Below are positions 50,042 through 60,378 of a stretch of DNA of 64,000 bases, piece by piece. The notes beneath the pieces were generated by a model, which was given only the letters and a program-made list of their open reading frames with translations, was not told the origin of the DNA and searched no databases. Position 1 is the stretch's first letter. Each line of letters opens with the position of its first letter. Origin of the DNA: an uncultured delta proteobacterium (GTDB taxonomy: Bacteria > Desulfobacterota > Desulfobacteria > Desulfobacterales > JAFDCJ01); assembly GCA_963769935.1 (NCBI GenBank), contig CAVYNY010000010.1, forward strand, positions 761,487-825,486, in the 5' to 3' direction. A program made the position numbers and the translations under genes.

Positions 50042-51100
50042 TCACAGCGGCGTTCGATTCAGCTCGGATGCCAGAAAGCATTTTGAATAGTGCATACCGG
50101 TGTCTTTGAGAAATACGGGATCCGGCGGATTCCGGCGGCAGACGGCCATTGCCAGATCGCAGCGATCCAGAAATACACATAATGGATTTTGAAGATCTGT
50201 TTCGACGCGGCTGGGGGTGAATCCCTGTATCGTTTTCAGGCGTTTGAGTCGTTGACCCTTGATCTGCGGTGTCGAGTCGATTAATCCCCGGGTGTATGGA
50301 TGGGAGGGTTGTGAGAACACCGCCTGCCTTTCGCCGTGTTCCACGATAACACCGGCATATAACACCATAATTTCATCCGCGTATCTTGCCAGTATGGGCA
50401 GGGAGTTTGTTATCAGAATCAGGGTGGTTCCCTGGCGTCGCTTGAGTTCTGCAAGAAGTTCGAGAATCTGCTGCTGGATGGTGACATCCAATGCTTGGGT
50501 CGGGTTGTCTGCCACGATCAATTCGGGATTCGAACTTAGAGCGTCGGCGATCATTGCACGCTGGATCATACCGCCGCTGAACATCGCCGGATATTCTTCA
50601 AGGCGTCTGCGGGGCGAGGGAATTTTGACTTTTCGGAACAGCTCAACAGCCAAATTTGTGGCGTCTTTTCTGCTGATGCCTTTGTGATGCCGCCGAATCG
50701 TTTCGATAATTTGACTGCCCACCGTCAAAGTCGGGTCAAATGCGGACATCGGATCGGAAAAGATCATCGATATCCGGCTGCCGCGGATTTTGTTCGTTTC
50801 TTTTTTGTCTATCTTTAATAAATCCATCCCGTTAAATAATATTTCGCCGGACAGTATTTGCCCCGGTTTTTCGATTAGATTCAGGATTGACAAGGCCAGA
50901 ACCGATTTTCCGGATCCGCTTTCTCCGACAATGCCTAAAACCTGCTCCTTTTTCATGTCAAATGAAATGCCCCGCAGCGCCTGGATGACGCCCCTGCGGG
51001 TATAGAATCTTACCGTGAGCCCGTTTACCTGCAATATCGGAACATCTATATCGGTCGCTTGGCCGCCGGCGGCTTTATCTTTCGGTTCAATCGATTTCAT
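50042..51100 (-). CDS. Peptide/opine ABC transporter ATPase (DppD/OppD-like)
   Basis: GESGSGKS, FSGGMIQR, IVADNPTQALD, PSHPYT. Confidence 0.92.
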   Translation of the reverse strand: MKSIEPKDKAAGGQATDIDVPILQVNGLTVRFYTRRGVIQALRGISFDMKKEQVLGIVGESGSGKSVLALSILNLIEKPGQILSGEILFNGMDLLKIDKKETNKIRGSRISMIFSDPMSAFDPTLTVGSQIIETIRRHHKGISRKDATNLAVELFRKVKIPSPRRRLEEYPAMFSGGMIQRAMIADALSSNPELIVADNPTQALDVTIQQQILELLAELKRRQGTTLILITNSLPILARYADEIMVLYAGVIVEHGERQAVFSQPSHPYTRGLIDSTPQIKGQRLKRLKTIQGFTPSRVETDLQNPLCVFLDRCDLAMAVCRRNPPDPVFLKDTGMHYSKCFLASELNRTPL

Positions 51101-51193
51101 GCGATGTCAATGCCTTTCAGCAGGGAAGTCGTCGGAGCTGCTCGATTTTGTGCCCGACAGTTTTGATCGTCGCGGTTTCTATATGTCGGTGCC

Positions 51194-52054
51194 CTACGTT
51201 TCTATAATGGTTTTGCGGACTTTTTCCATGCCGGATCCGACCATATTGATGGAGATCAGCAGCATGCTCAAGACAACACCGGGCATGGTGGCAATCCACC
51301 AGGCGTTGACCAGATATTTTCGCCCGTCTGCAATGATATTGCCGAAAGAGGGCTGCGGGGGTTGAATGCTGAGACCCAGGAAACCGAGAATTGCTTCAAA
51401 AATGATCATGCGTGCGATATCAAGGATGGCCACCAGTGCGACACTCGGCAGTATTCCCGGGGCAATGTAGCGAAAAATGATCCGCGGTCCGGAAGCGCCG
51501 ATAATTTTGGCCGCCCGCACATACTCTTTTTGCCGCTCACCCAAGACAATACTGCGGGTTACCCGGGCGTATATCGGCCAACTCGAAATGGCCAGAACCA
51601 GGATGATGCTGAACATGTTGGGTCGGGTGACACCCAGTATGGCAATGGCCAGCACAATCATGGGCAAAGAAAGCTGTGCGTCGGTAATGCGCATCTGGAT
51701 GGTGTCGAATACTCCCCCGTAATAGCCCGAAGTCATTCCTAGTGCCGATCCGAACAAAAAGATCAGCAGCACCGTGGAAAATCCGATAATCAGCGATACC
51801 CGAAGGCCGCTAAGTACTCTTGCCAGCAGATCCCGGCCCAAAGCATCCGTTCCCAGCGGATATTCCCATGTGCCGCCGCTCATAAAAACCGGTGGTTTGA
51901 GACGATTCCTGATATTCATTTTATAGGGATCGTGGGGCAGCAGATGCGGTCCGGCGATGGAGGCCGCCAGCAGGATAAGAAATATACTCAGTCCGGCAAT
52001 GACGCCGACGTTTCTGAGAGCGAGTTTAAAAAAAGGATTTTTAGACGCCTGCAT
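51194..52054 (-). CDS. ABC transporter permease (DppC-like)
   Basis: PLGTDALGRD, EYVRAAKIIGA, LGFLGLS. Confidence 0.92.
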   Translation of the reverse strand: MQASKNPFFKLALRNVGVIAGLSIFLILLAASIAGPHLLPHDPYKMNIRNRLKPPVFMSGGTWEYPLGTDALGRDLLARVLSGLRVSLIIGFSTVLLIFLFGSALGMTSGYYGGVFDTIQMRITDAQLSLPMIVLAIAILGVTRPNMFSIILVLAISSWPIYARVTRSIVLGERQKEYVRAAKIIGASGPRIIFRYIAPGILPSVALVAILDIARMIIFEAILGFLGLSIQPPQPSFGNIIADGRKYLVNAWWIATMPGVVLSMLLISINMVGSGMEKVRKTIIET

Positions 52055-52113
52055 CGTTTTATTCTTTCAAGCCATTGGATGATGAAGTCAAATACACCGA
52101 TTCAAGGACCGCG

Positions 52114-53097
52114 CTAGAAGGTGATTCGCCTGTCGACGTATGAACACAGGAGGTCGACGATGATATTGATAAAAACGAAAACGCCGGCAAACAGGATCAC
52201 GATACCCTGAATGAGCGGAAAATCGCGCTGCAATACCGCATAGATGGTCAACAACCCGAGACCCGGAAAGTTAAAAACATATTCGACAACAATCACCCCG
52301 CCCAACAGAATACCAATTTGGACGCCCAGCACATTGAGCAGCGGAATCAGGCTGTTGCGGAAGCAGTGCTTCATGATAATGGACCAGGCCGATAGTCCCC
52401 GCGCCCTGGCGACCTTGACGAAATTCATTTGCAGAACATCGATCATCGAAGAACGAATGGTTCGCAAAAGGATCGGCGCCAGCTCCAGAGAAACGGCTAA
52501 AGACGGCAAAATGACGTAGGTAAATCCCTTGTATCCCACACTGGGCAAAATTTTGAGCCGTATAGAGACGATGAGCATCAAAATGATGCCCAACCAGAAA
52601 TTAGGCACCGAGATGCTCACAGAGACAAAGGCATTGGCAAATTTATCTATCCATCCCCCCTGTCGGAGGGCGGCGACAATACCCAGAGGAATACCCATGA
52701 GAAGGGCCCACCCGATGGCCATTGCCCCCAACAGCAGGGTCAGCGGGATTCGCTCGACAATCAGATCGAAGACCTCGGCCCTGGCGTGGGCTCTTTTATC
52801 ATTCCAGGCCTCGCCGCCGACCGAGCCGCCGCTTTTGGGCCGGATAAAAGAATTCCCGAAGTCGCCTCTTACGATTCCTTTCAAATAGCGCCCGAACTGG
52901 ATGAGCAAAGGGTCTTTCAGTCCCAATTCTTTGGCGACCTTCTGCAGGACCTGGTCCGGTGCCGCGCCGCCCACCATCAACCGAACCGGATCCCCGGGTA
53001 CGACCCGCATGACCATAAATATAAAAAAGACGGCAAAAAAAACGATAATCAGGCCTTGCGCGCTCCTTCTTGCCAGAAAATAAAGTATGTAACCCAT
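52114..53097 (-). CDS. ABC transporter permease (DppB-like)
   Basis: VPGDP, SVPNFWLG, ARARGL, VEYVFNFPGLG, QRDFPLIQG. Confidence 0.92.
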   Translation of the reverse strand: MGYILYFLARRSAQGLIIVFFAVFFIFMVMRVVPGDPVRLMVGGAAPDQVLQKVAKELGLKDPLLIQFGRYLKGIVRGDFGNSFIRPKSGGSVGGEAWNDKRAHARAEVFDLIVERIPLTLLLGAMAIGWALLMGIPLGIVAALRQGGWIDKFANAFVSVSISVPNFWLGIILMLIVSIRLKILPSVGYKGFTYVILPSLAVSLELAPILLRTIRSSMIDVLQMNFVKVARARGLSAWSIIMKHCFRNSLIPLLNVLGVQIGILLGGVIVVEYVFNFPGLGLLTIYAVLQRDFPLIQGIVILFAGVFVFINIIVDLLCSYVDRRITF

Positions 53098-53116
53098 CTT
53101 TTGCCTTTCTCATCAC

Positions 53117-53145
53117 AGACGGAGTGGAAGTCTTCCACTCCGTCT
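53117..53145. terminator. Intra-operon hairpin after the binding-protein gene
   Basis: agacggagtggaag-t-cttccactccgtct, a perfect 14-bp inverted repeat. Confidence 0.7.
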
Positions 53146-53159
53146 TGCAAAAAAGAAAA

Positions 53160-54755
53160 TCACCCGGTTTTCGTCGCTTTTTCCAGATCCATCATGCCGT
53201 TTGGATAAATATAGTAGTTTTCCAATTTTTTATTGAGCCCGTGGATGAACACCGATGTAAACAAAGACAGGCTCGGCGCTTTTTCAGCGATCAGCGGCAG
53301 GGTATCGGTTTTAATGATTTTTTCTCTGAGTTCGAGGGTTTCCGCGTTTCGCTCACGATCAAGGGAGGCATCGATTTCCGGGTCTATGATGCCCGTGATC
53401 CGTTTGGATGACGAATGGAAATGCATCCGCAGCACCAGATCGGGCTCCGGGGAGCCGGTACACCAACCGCAGTCGATCATGTGTCCGGGACCGCCGCCGG
53501 GGCGATCGTAGAGCTTCTGGTTCCAGGCAGCGGTTTCCAGCACCGAAAGTTTGACATTGAAGCCCGCTTCGTTGAGCATCGCGGTAATGACTTCTCCGTA
53601 CTCCTTGGTCTTCGGGTAAAACCCGACCGAGGTGATGTATTCCAGTTCGGGCAGCCCTACTCCCTTGGGATATCCGGCCTCCTCAAGGAATTTGTTGCAC
53701 TGATCCATGTCGTACTCCGGATAATTGGGCACCTTGGTGTAGCCGAATTTCACCGGTGAAATGTGGGCATAACTGGGGTAGCCGGATTTGCCGAGAAGAT
53801 ACCAGATCTGCTGACGATCGATGGCGTGGCAGGCGGCTCTTCTGATCCGCCAATCATCAAAAGGCGGTTTGCTGCATCGAAACCACAGGTATTTGTTTTC
53901 CACCGAGACCGCCGTATTGAGTTTCAGGTTTTTGTCTTTTTCAACGACATCCACCTGTTCGGATTCCAGCCTTTCGATGATATCGGCTTCTCCGGACTGC
54001 AAAGAGATCAAACGCGTGGTGGAATCGGGCACATAAATGAAGTGAAGCTTTTTGATTTTCGGAGCCCCTTTGAAATAATTTTCGTTGGCCGCCATAATGG
54101 TATCATCTTTGCGCTGCTCAACGAATTTAAAGGGTCCCGTGCCGTTGAGGCGCTGAGCGAGCCTCTGGGGATCTTTGATATCATTAGCGGACATGATCGG
54201 CAGAAAAGAAGATTGAAACCAGAAATGATAGGCCGGGTAGCCGTAATCACGGGTATGCACCTGGCAGGTGAGCCGATCGACGACCTCGACCTTGCAGGGG
54301 CCGGGATACCAGGCGCCGGCTGCTTTTTGGGGATCGGATGCATATTCGAAGGTTGCCTTCACATCCTCGGCTGAGAAATCCTTGCCGTCGTGAAACTTGA
54401 CCCCATCCCGCAACGTGTATTTGATGGTGTAAAGATCGACGATTTCCTGGGAGGTGGCCAGCTCGTAAATGAGTTCCTGAGGCTTTTCAACCGTCATCGG
54501 ACAGCGCGTAAGGTAATTGAAGACAAAAGCCTCTACATTCAGCTGAGCCAGAGTGGTATGGGATGTTGGATCCCAGTTGCCGGTCACGTTTTCCGCGGAT
54601 AGAAACACCACTGTGTCGGCACCGGTGGATGCAGCCCTTGCAGACCTCGGAAACAGACCTACAGAGGAGCCGATAAGTGGAGCAAATGCCAATCCTGTCC
54701 CCACTTTCAGTGATTTTTCCAGAAATGTCCTTCGTGTAATTTTGTTTTTCGCCAT
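53160..54755 (-). CDS. Family-5 (cluster C) ABC substrate-binding protein with twin-arginine signal
   Basis: ITRRTFLE TAT motif; LRDGVKFHDG, NGTGPFKF, PFDDWRIRRA. Confidence 0.92.
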   Translation of the reverse strand: MAKNKITRRTFLEKSLKVGTGLAFAPLIGSSVGLFPRSARAASTGADTVVFLSAENVTGNWDPTSHTTLAQLNVEAFVFNYLTRCPMTVEKPQELIYELATSQEIVDLYTIKYTLRDGVKFHDGKDFSAEDVKATFEYASDPQKAAGAWYPGPCKVEVVDRLTCQVHTRDYGYPAYHFWFQSSFLPIMSANDIKDPQRLAQRLNGTGPFKFVEQRKDDTIMAANENYFKGAPKIKKLHFIYVPDSTTRLISLQSGEADIIERLESEQVDVVEKDKNLKLNTAVSVENKYLWFRCSKPPFDDWRIRRAACHAIDRQQIWYLLGKSGYPSYAHISPVKFGYTKVPNYPEYDMDQCNKFLEEAGYPKGVGLPELEYITSVGFYPKTKEYGEVITAMLNEAGFNVKLSVLETAAWNQKLYDRPGGGPGHMIDCGWCTGSPEPDLVLRMHFHSSSKRITGIIDPEIDASLDRERNAETLELREKIIKTDTLPLIAEKAPSLSLFTSVFIHGLNKKLENYYIYPNGMMDLEKATKTG

Positions 54756-55154
54756 GAGATCCTCCTTTGGCTTTAGGTTTAAAGATTTAATATGCAGACA
54801 TTGGCCTTTCCAATGATCGAGAAGGGAGACACAGATTTTTAATCAACCCCTTAAGCCTTCAGCCAAGCTGAAGGTCCAGGCTTTGCCGGGCGGTTAAGAT
54901 AGAGATGGATCAAAAATGCACGCCTTCGAATGAATGGCGCAGTGGCGGTCCTATATTACATTAAAAGGTTTTCAATTAATGCAGGCAAATATCCGGATCG
55001 ACCGCATCAATGTGGTTTTGGAGATACATCCGAAGTATTCAATACCCGGAAAAGTGAGATTCAAGAAATATTTCAATCTCCCCGATGGGCTGAAAAGCGG
55101 CTATCGGGGCCGACACGTCAATATGCAACCTACAATGCCACCTTGTGTCAATTC

Positions 55155-55210
55155 ACCTTAAATAATAAATTTTTTTTTGTCAACAAATAAATTAAATAAA
55201 ATTTATTATT
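55155..55210 (-). promoter_or_regulatory. Putative sigma70 promoter with overlapping AT-rich inverted repeat (candidate RpiR operator)
   Basis: Minus-strand TTGACA(55183-55178)-17 nt-TAAGGT; IR aataataaattt (55161) / aaatttattatt (55199). Confidence 0.55.
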
Positions 55211-55809
55211 TTATCGGGGCATAATCATTATCATTTTCTTTGATTGGAATCATTCTCATTTTTCCAAACGAAATTGAAAAGTTATTCATCTCTCGCTATC
55301 CTGCAAAAGGTTAAAAAACGCACCCAACAGATTCAAAAATTGGATCCGCAGAGTTTATTCCGGTGATCGGGTGATGTCAGCACCGTCTGAATATCCTATT
55401 TCCCGTAAAAATAACCGGATCTTCCGGCATTGGTTTGGAGTAATTCTATCTTCAAGCTTGACAGCTTCAAATGTCAACTAACTATACGGTATATGTATAT
55501 CAAATCCTGTATCGATTATCGATCATATTGCAGTCAAGTAAAGGCCAGAGTCGCAGACGCGGCTAAAGAGGGATGGGTTATAGATAAATTGGAAATACCC
55601 GAAAAATTAGAGATCTTATTCTACAAGCAGAAGAGGAGTTTTCAAAAGAAGAGCTCATGCTATAAAATTTGCTGATTCCAATTCATTGTCACCGGAGACA
55701 CGATAACGGCTTATCTGGTTAACGGCCGTGTTTCAGCGTGCCCCTCTTTGATCCAATGAAGCCCGAATCCGTATACCCTCCATTCGGTCCATTATTTCAC
55801 AATTCATTC

Positions 55810-55848
55810 TTGACTATTAACACCAATGTAATTACAATGTGCTCACAT
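55810..55848 (+). promoter_or_regulatory. mazEF promoter with operator palindromes
   Basis: TTGACT-17-TACAAT; palindromes tgtaattaca and atgtgctcacat. Confidence 0.7.
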
Positions 55849-55866
55849 AGAGTGAGGAGGCGCCTT

Positions 55867-56121
55867 ATGAGAGCACGTGTAATTAAAATTGGTAATTCGC
55901 AAGGGTTGCGTATTCCGAAGCCAATTCTTGAGCAAACAGGCATTATGGATGATGTTGAAATAGAGGTGGGAAAAAATAAAATCATTATCCGGCCGATAAA
56001 AAATGCCCGGGAAGGATGGGATGATGCCTTCAAGATAATGGGAAAAAAGGGTGATGACAAACCTATTATCGATGATGAAAACCTCACACATTCATGGGAT
56101 GAAGAAGAATGGCGGTGGTAG
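55867..56121 (+). CDS. mazE: AbrB/MazE antitoxin
   Basis: MRARVIKIGNSQGLRIPKPIL ... acidic WDEEEW tail; RBS GAGGAGG. Confidence 0.9.
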   Translation: MRARVIKIGNSQGLRIPKPILEQTGIMDDVEIEVGKNKIIIRPIKNAREGWDDAFKIMGKKGDDKPIIDDENLTHSWDEEEWRW

Positions 56122-56438
56122 TGAAGCGTTTTGACGTTTACGTGGTGAATCTTGATCCGACTGTTGGGTCTGAAATTAAAAAAACCAGACCGTGCTTGAT
56201 TATCTCACCTGATGAAATGAATCGTCACATTCGAACCGTAATCATTGCACCGATGACTTCGGCCAATAAAGACTATCCCACCCGTGTATCCTGTACATTT
56301 AGAAAGAAACAAGGCCAAATCGTATTGGATCAGATACGAACAATAGATAAGATTCGGCTCATTAAGAAGCTCGCCACAATTGATTCAAAGGAACAATTGG
56401 AAGTTATTTCAGTCTTGCAGCAGATGTTTGCATTTTAG
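56109..56438 (+). CDS. mazF: PemK/MazF endoribonuclease toxin
   Basis: VNLDPTVGSEIKKTRPCLIISP, DQIRTIDK.RL. Confidence 0.92.
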   Translation: MAVVVKRFDVYVVNLDPTVGSEIKKTRPCLIISPDEMNRHIRTVIIAPMTSANKDYPTRVSCTFRKKQGQIVLDQIRTIDKIRLIKKLATIDSKEQLEVISVLQQMFAF

Positions 56439-56544
56439 AGCCGCCCAAAACCGTACGTATCCAAACTTGATTTCTCGCATAAGTTTCGAAAGACTGGATA
56501 GTTTCTCCCGCAATGATGCAACCAGGCTTTCTGCAAAGAAACAG

Positions 56545-58618
56545 TTACGGCTCATCGTCAAAAAGTTTGAGCTGATGATCGTCGATATCTTTTTTATTAT
56601 TGTCGCGGGCGGACTTTTTCGCCCGGGGTTTTGAGCTCCGCGGTTTTGTATCGGCAGCCGGCTGCACTGGCCGAGAAAAATTTATTTGGTTTTGATCCTG
56701 CTGGTTTTCCAAGCTATCGAGAATAGAGCCGGGAACCACAAATCCTTCCTCGGTTTCATAAAAACGAAACATGCCGGCAATTTTCGCTGAGCTGTATTCG
56801 GGATCGCCCAGAAATAGGTTGGCAGATTTTTGAATCATCCCGGCTTTGCTGCTGACGGTGGAGTTTTTCGTTCCAAAGAAAGCGTTCAGTTCGTCGGCCG
56901 TGATGTAAACTTCGTTCTCCGGATCAAACAAAAAATTCAGCCTTGCAATCATACATATAATAGCCGCGGCCCAGATTTCGGCCCGACCCCGCTGGATAGA
57001 AAGCTTGCGCATCCTGCCGAGTTTATCGCACAGCTTAAGAGCCAGACCGGTGTATTCCGGATCCAGTCTGGCGCGGCCAAATGCCTCAATTTTATCTTTG
57101 ATCTCGGCGACGCGATCCTCCTTGCGGCCGGCGCCGGCTCCGGCCCGGGCGGTCCTGGGTGATTCCAGCTTATCGAGCCCTAACCGGCGGCGGACACCTG
57201 CTATGGCAGCCGCTTCGGCTTCGCGCATGGGTACATCTGCAGCCGCAGGATGCATCTCTGCATCAACCAGAAGGGCTTCGACGCTCTCCCTGCCGTCCGG
57301 GGTCTTGACGGCCTGACGGGGCGTCAGCTGACCCAGGGCGGGTATTTTCATATCCACCCAATTTTCCCAGTGGGCAAGCATAGCCTTTTCGATCTGCTCC
57401 CGAACTTCCGGGATCTGCATCAGATCATTCTGCTCCGGATCCGGCGCGGCCATCTCGCCTCCTCGTTCCCGCATCTTTTCCAGCATGGCGTCGGGCGACT
57501 GGATTTCAGTTGTGATATAGCGGGCGTGTCTGCCAAGGCACGTCTTAATTTCTCTACGAATGGTTTCCGCGCGGCGGGCCGAATTGACCTCTATCTTCAG
57601 GCGCCGGTCTTCGATCATGAGCCTGCCGAGGATTATGTTTTCCAGCGCTGGCGTCATGTTTTGACCTTTTCGGCTCCAGGGAATCTCGGCCCGGATAACC
57701 CGCCCGGATTCATCCAGCTCGGCGGACTCCATCAGCTCCGCCTCACTGGTTGTTGCCGACAAATCTTTCAGCTTCTCAAAGACCAACCCGGGTGCATCGA
57801 TTTCATAGTGGATTGTGTGGAACCTCAGCGGGTCACCGTCGGTGTTTTGCAGCGCAGGCGGCTCCAACAGTGCTGAATAAATATTAAAATAAAGCTCCCG
57901 AATCTCGAGATCATGGTCGTACAATGTATCGAAGTCGATCGAATCGCCGGCATCCATCAGCCATTGCCGAAATCGGATCAACTCGGGCTTCATTTTCGGC
58001 GGTATCAGAATGGTTCCGCAGCCGATCAGCATGGCCACGGTATCGATTTGAACCACCCGCCCGAACAGGATCTGTCCCGGGCGGGCATTTTCAGATCCCT
58101 TTTTTCTCAATCACGTTGCTGACCGTGCCGCAGAAAATGTCCTTCAGACGATAGCCTTCTCCCGGACGGACCTCCTGGATTTCATAAAATCTGTAGGGCT
58201 GACGGACCGTGGCTTCGATGATCTGCGCCTCGAGGTGATTCAGCCGGTTTTTCCTATCGGCTGCGTATAATTCCGCAATCGTCATATCTTCAGGTCCGTT
58301 CAGCTGCGGGAGATCCGGATCAGGTTCATATTCCCAGTTAAATATGAACCAGGGATAAAAGAGAGGCTCGTGGTCAGCCAGATTTTCATCGGACAGGCCT
58401 TCATCCGGCCAACCCATAAATTCATCCAGCGCGAAACCCAGGGCATTCTCCCCAAATACCTTGTACCCGTGTTCCATCAAGCAAGGCACCAGCCGGTCGT
58501 ACGCCTCCCCCAGGCGCCGGTATAAAAGGTCTGAAGACACTTTTTCCTTATTTAGACAGCACTTTTTGTATTTTTTGCCGCTGCCGCACGGGCACGGTTT
58601 ATTGCGTCCGACCTTCAT
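56545..58618 (-). CDS. SEC-C motif protein with MbcA/ParS-like and C-terminal DUF6398-like domains, 1-nt frameshift near 58100
   Basis: GRNKPCPCGSGKKYKKCC; WVDMKIPALGQLTPRQA; EIWAAAII..IARLNFLFD; ORFs 58091-58765 and 56545-58110 overlap at an A6G3 run. Confidence 0.8.
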
Positions 58619-58906
58619 GGTCTGCCTCGAATGATTATGTCGATTGTCATTTGATGCCTGTAAATGCCCCTTTGTCAAGAAGAGGGAAACATTCCAGCCC
58701 GCGAATGTCAAGGATCTATTTTGCCACCCTTTTTTACCGCATTCATGGTCATCCGTCAGGACCATGAAATCGAGGTCGCGCTAATCAAAACCCAGCAGTT
58801 CAACCCCTGACAAATTCAACAGCAACAGCCGGCGGTTATTCACCTGCACGCCCCCTGAACCGGAATAAAATTACTTTCCATTTGAAAAAGAACTAATTAA
58901 CTGCGG

Positions 58907-58984
58907 TTGCGGAGTTATGGGGTTATTGAGCTGAAGGCTGTGGAATTCAAGGCTGAGTTTGCAGGTAAGATGAATTTTTACCTG
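58907..58984 (+). pseudogene. YhcG/DUF1016 PD-(D/E)xK nuclease fragment
   Basis: LRSYGVIELKAVEFKAEFAGKMNFYL. Confidence 0.75.
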
Positions 58985-59085
58985 CGCGATAAGCCACCGC
59001 GCGCCGGTAGCGCGCAGCGTTCGAATCTATACCCCCCCTCATTGATGATTGACACATTATACCTAATTGGGATATTTTTTATACC

Positions 59086-59261
59086 ATGGATTTCGAATTT
59101 GACCCTGTAAAATCAGATACCAATAAAAACAAGCATGGGATTGATTCCATGGATGCTCAAGCGCTTTGGAATGATCCCGACTTATTGGAGATTCCTGCGA
59201 ATATGACCGATGAACCAAGATTTCTTGTTGTAGGGAAAATAGGTGAAAAACATTGGTCAGG
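59086..59261 (+). pseudogene. BrnT-family toxin, 3'-truncated, no BrnA antitoxin
   Basis: MDFEFDPVKSDTNKNKHGID...DEPRFLVVGKIGEKHWSG, then unrelated sequence; the RIISVR end is missing. Confidence 0.75.
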
Positions 59262-59379
59262 ATGCAATGCAATCAGAAATATAGTGATGTCCTCTTCCCG
59301 CAGAGTCATCACCGACCCTGACGGCAAGAAAAAGATAATACGAACAAGTCATTTTCATTGTGAGATACGGAGAAGTGAT

Positions 59380-59554
59380 GCTTTCGTTTAACAACAACGG
59401 ACAACTAACAATCAGCCATTGACGGCGGAGCCCAAAAAAATCGGCTATATAAAGGAAGGCAGGGCCAAGTATGGCAAGCGTAGCCGGAAAAATTGAAACG
59501 TTAAGGGAAATCTTTGGGTGCTGAACGTAATAAGATCGGAGGTAGTCAACTCAG
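59380..59554 (+). repeat. ORF6N-derived spacer unit, copy 1
   Basis: The first 68 bp are identical to 61297-61364. Encodes LTAEPKKIGYIKEGRAKYGKRSRKN*, followed by a ~50-bp tail ending gtcaactcag. Confidence 0.85.
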
Positions 59555-59583
59555 TCCCCTATTTTCCATGAACATACATTAGA

Positions 59584-60003
59584 TCATTGCGGCATTTTCA
59601 GAACAACGGAAGGAAAGTAAGTATGGAACCGGCCTCGGTCTCCGGTGGCGAGTTTCCAGCCCATGATTTCGGCATGGGCGCCGATAAAAAAGTCGGGAAG
59701 CGGCATAACGGGAACCGGTGCATCGGTCTGAGATGTCCGCCGCCTCCGATACTTGCGGTATGCCGCGGCACAGCCGTCTGCCACTGCGGCGGGCACATCG
59801 AGAATCTCGACGCCCCAGCTGCGTATCCGGTCTGCAGCAGTTGAAGGATCTGCATCCCCGACACAAATCTCGGCCAGGCTGACCGCGTTGATGGCGGCGC
59901 CCTCACCGGCTATAGCATCGGCGATCGTCTCTTTGGCCCATTGGCAGAAAGGCGAGTCGCGATCGAAAGCGTAGACGAGTACGTTGGTGTCCAGAAGGAT
60001 CAT
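59584..60003 (-). CDS. vapC: PIN-domain (VapC) toxin
   Basis: ILLDTNVL, SLAEI, LPDFFIGAHA, LATGD. Confidence 0.9.
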   Translation of the reverse strand: MILLDTNVLVYAFDRDSPFCQWAKETIADAIAGEGAAINAVSLAEICVGDADPSTAADRIRSWGVEILDVPAAVADGCAAAYRKYRRRRTSQTDAPVPVMPLPDFFIGAHAEIMGWKLATGDRGRFHTYFPSVVLKMPQ

Positions 60004-60233
60004 GGCTCACGGGTCAGATCGCGGAGTTTTTCCCATGTCATCGTCAGTCGCAAAGGGGCCTTGCGCATGGCTTCCATACAAGCCTTCTTGCTCATGTGCT
60101 CGCTGCGTTCAGGCTTCTCAAGTCGAATCAGTAGAAAGCGCCCTTCCGCCTGCTGCTGAATGTCGAAGACATCCCCTGGTCGTCCGCCAGGCAGGAGGAT
60201 CCTCTTTTTGGTATCGACGGTGTATGTGCTCAT
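60000..60233 (-). CDS. AbrB-like antitoxin (VapB partner)
   Basis: MSTYTVDTKKRILLP..PGDVF; 4-nt overlap with vapC; C-terminal WEKLRDLTREP. Confidence 0.75.
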   Translation of the reverse strand: MSTYTVDTKKRILLPGGRPGDVFDIQQQAEGRFLLIRLEKPERSEHMSKKACMEAMRKAPLRLTMTWEKLRDLTREP

Positions 60234-60234
60234 A

Positions 60235-60268
60235 GTGGGAATATCCCACACTGTTGATTCATTGTCAA
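60235..60268 (-). promoter_or_regulatory. vapBC promoter/operator
   Basis: TTGACA-17-GATATT; near-perfect palindrome gtgggaatatcccac; ATG 6 nt after the -10. Confidence 0.6.
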
Positions 60269-60281
60269 TAGATCATATTAT

Positions 60282-60378
60282 GTTAGGAATATCGACCTTT
60301 TTCCACATGATTTTATGTTTCAACTGACTGATGAGAGTACCGGTCTTTAAGGCGCCAATTTGGCACCTTAAAGCGATG
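60282..60378 (+). pseudogene. ORF6N-domain fragment
   Basis: VRNIDLFPHDFMFQLTDE / EYRSLRRQFGTLKR*. Confidence 0.8.

Noticed and set aside
55430..55770. Short ORF and a GATAAC...GTTAAC attC-like snippet before mazE
   Set aside because: The snippet is too short, has no extended hairpin, and the ORF lacks support.
58091..58110. AAAAAAG slippery site at the SEC-C gene frameshift as a programmed -1 shift
   Set aside because: Joining the two ORFs requires removing one base (+1), not a -1 shift. A homopolymer error or simple mutation is more likely.
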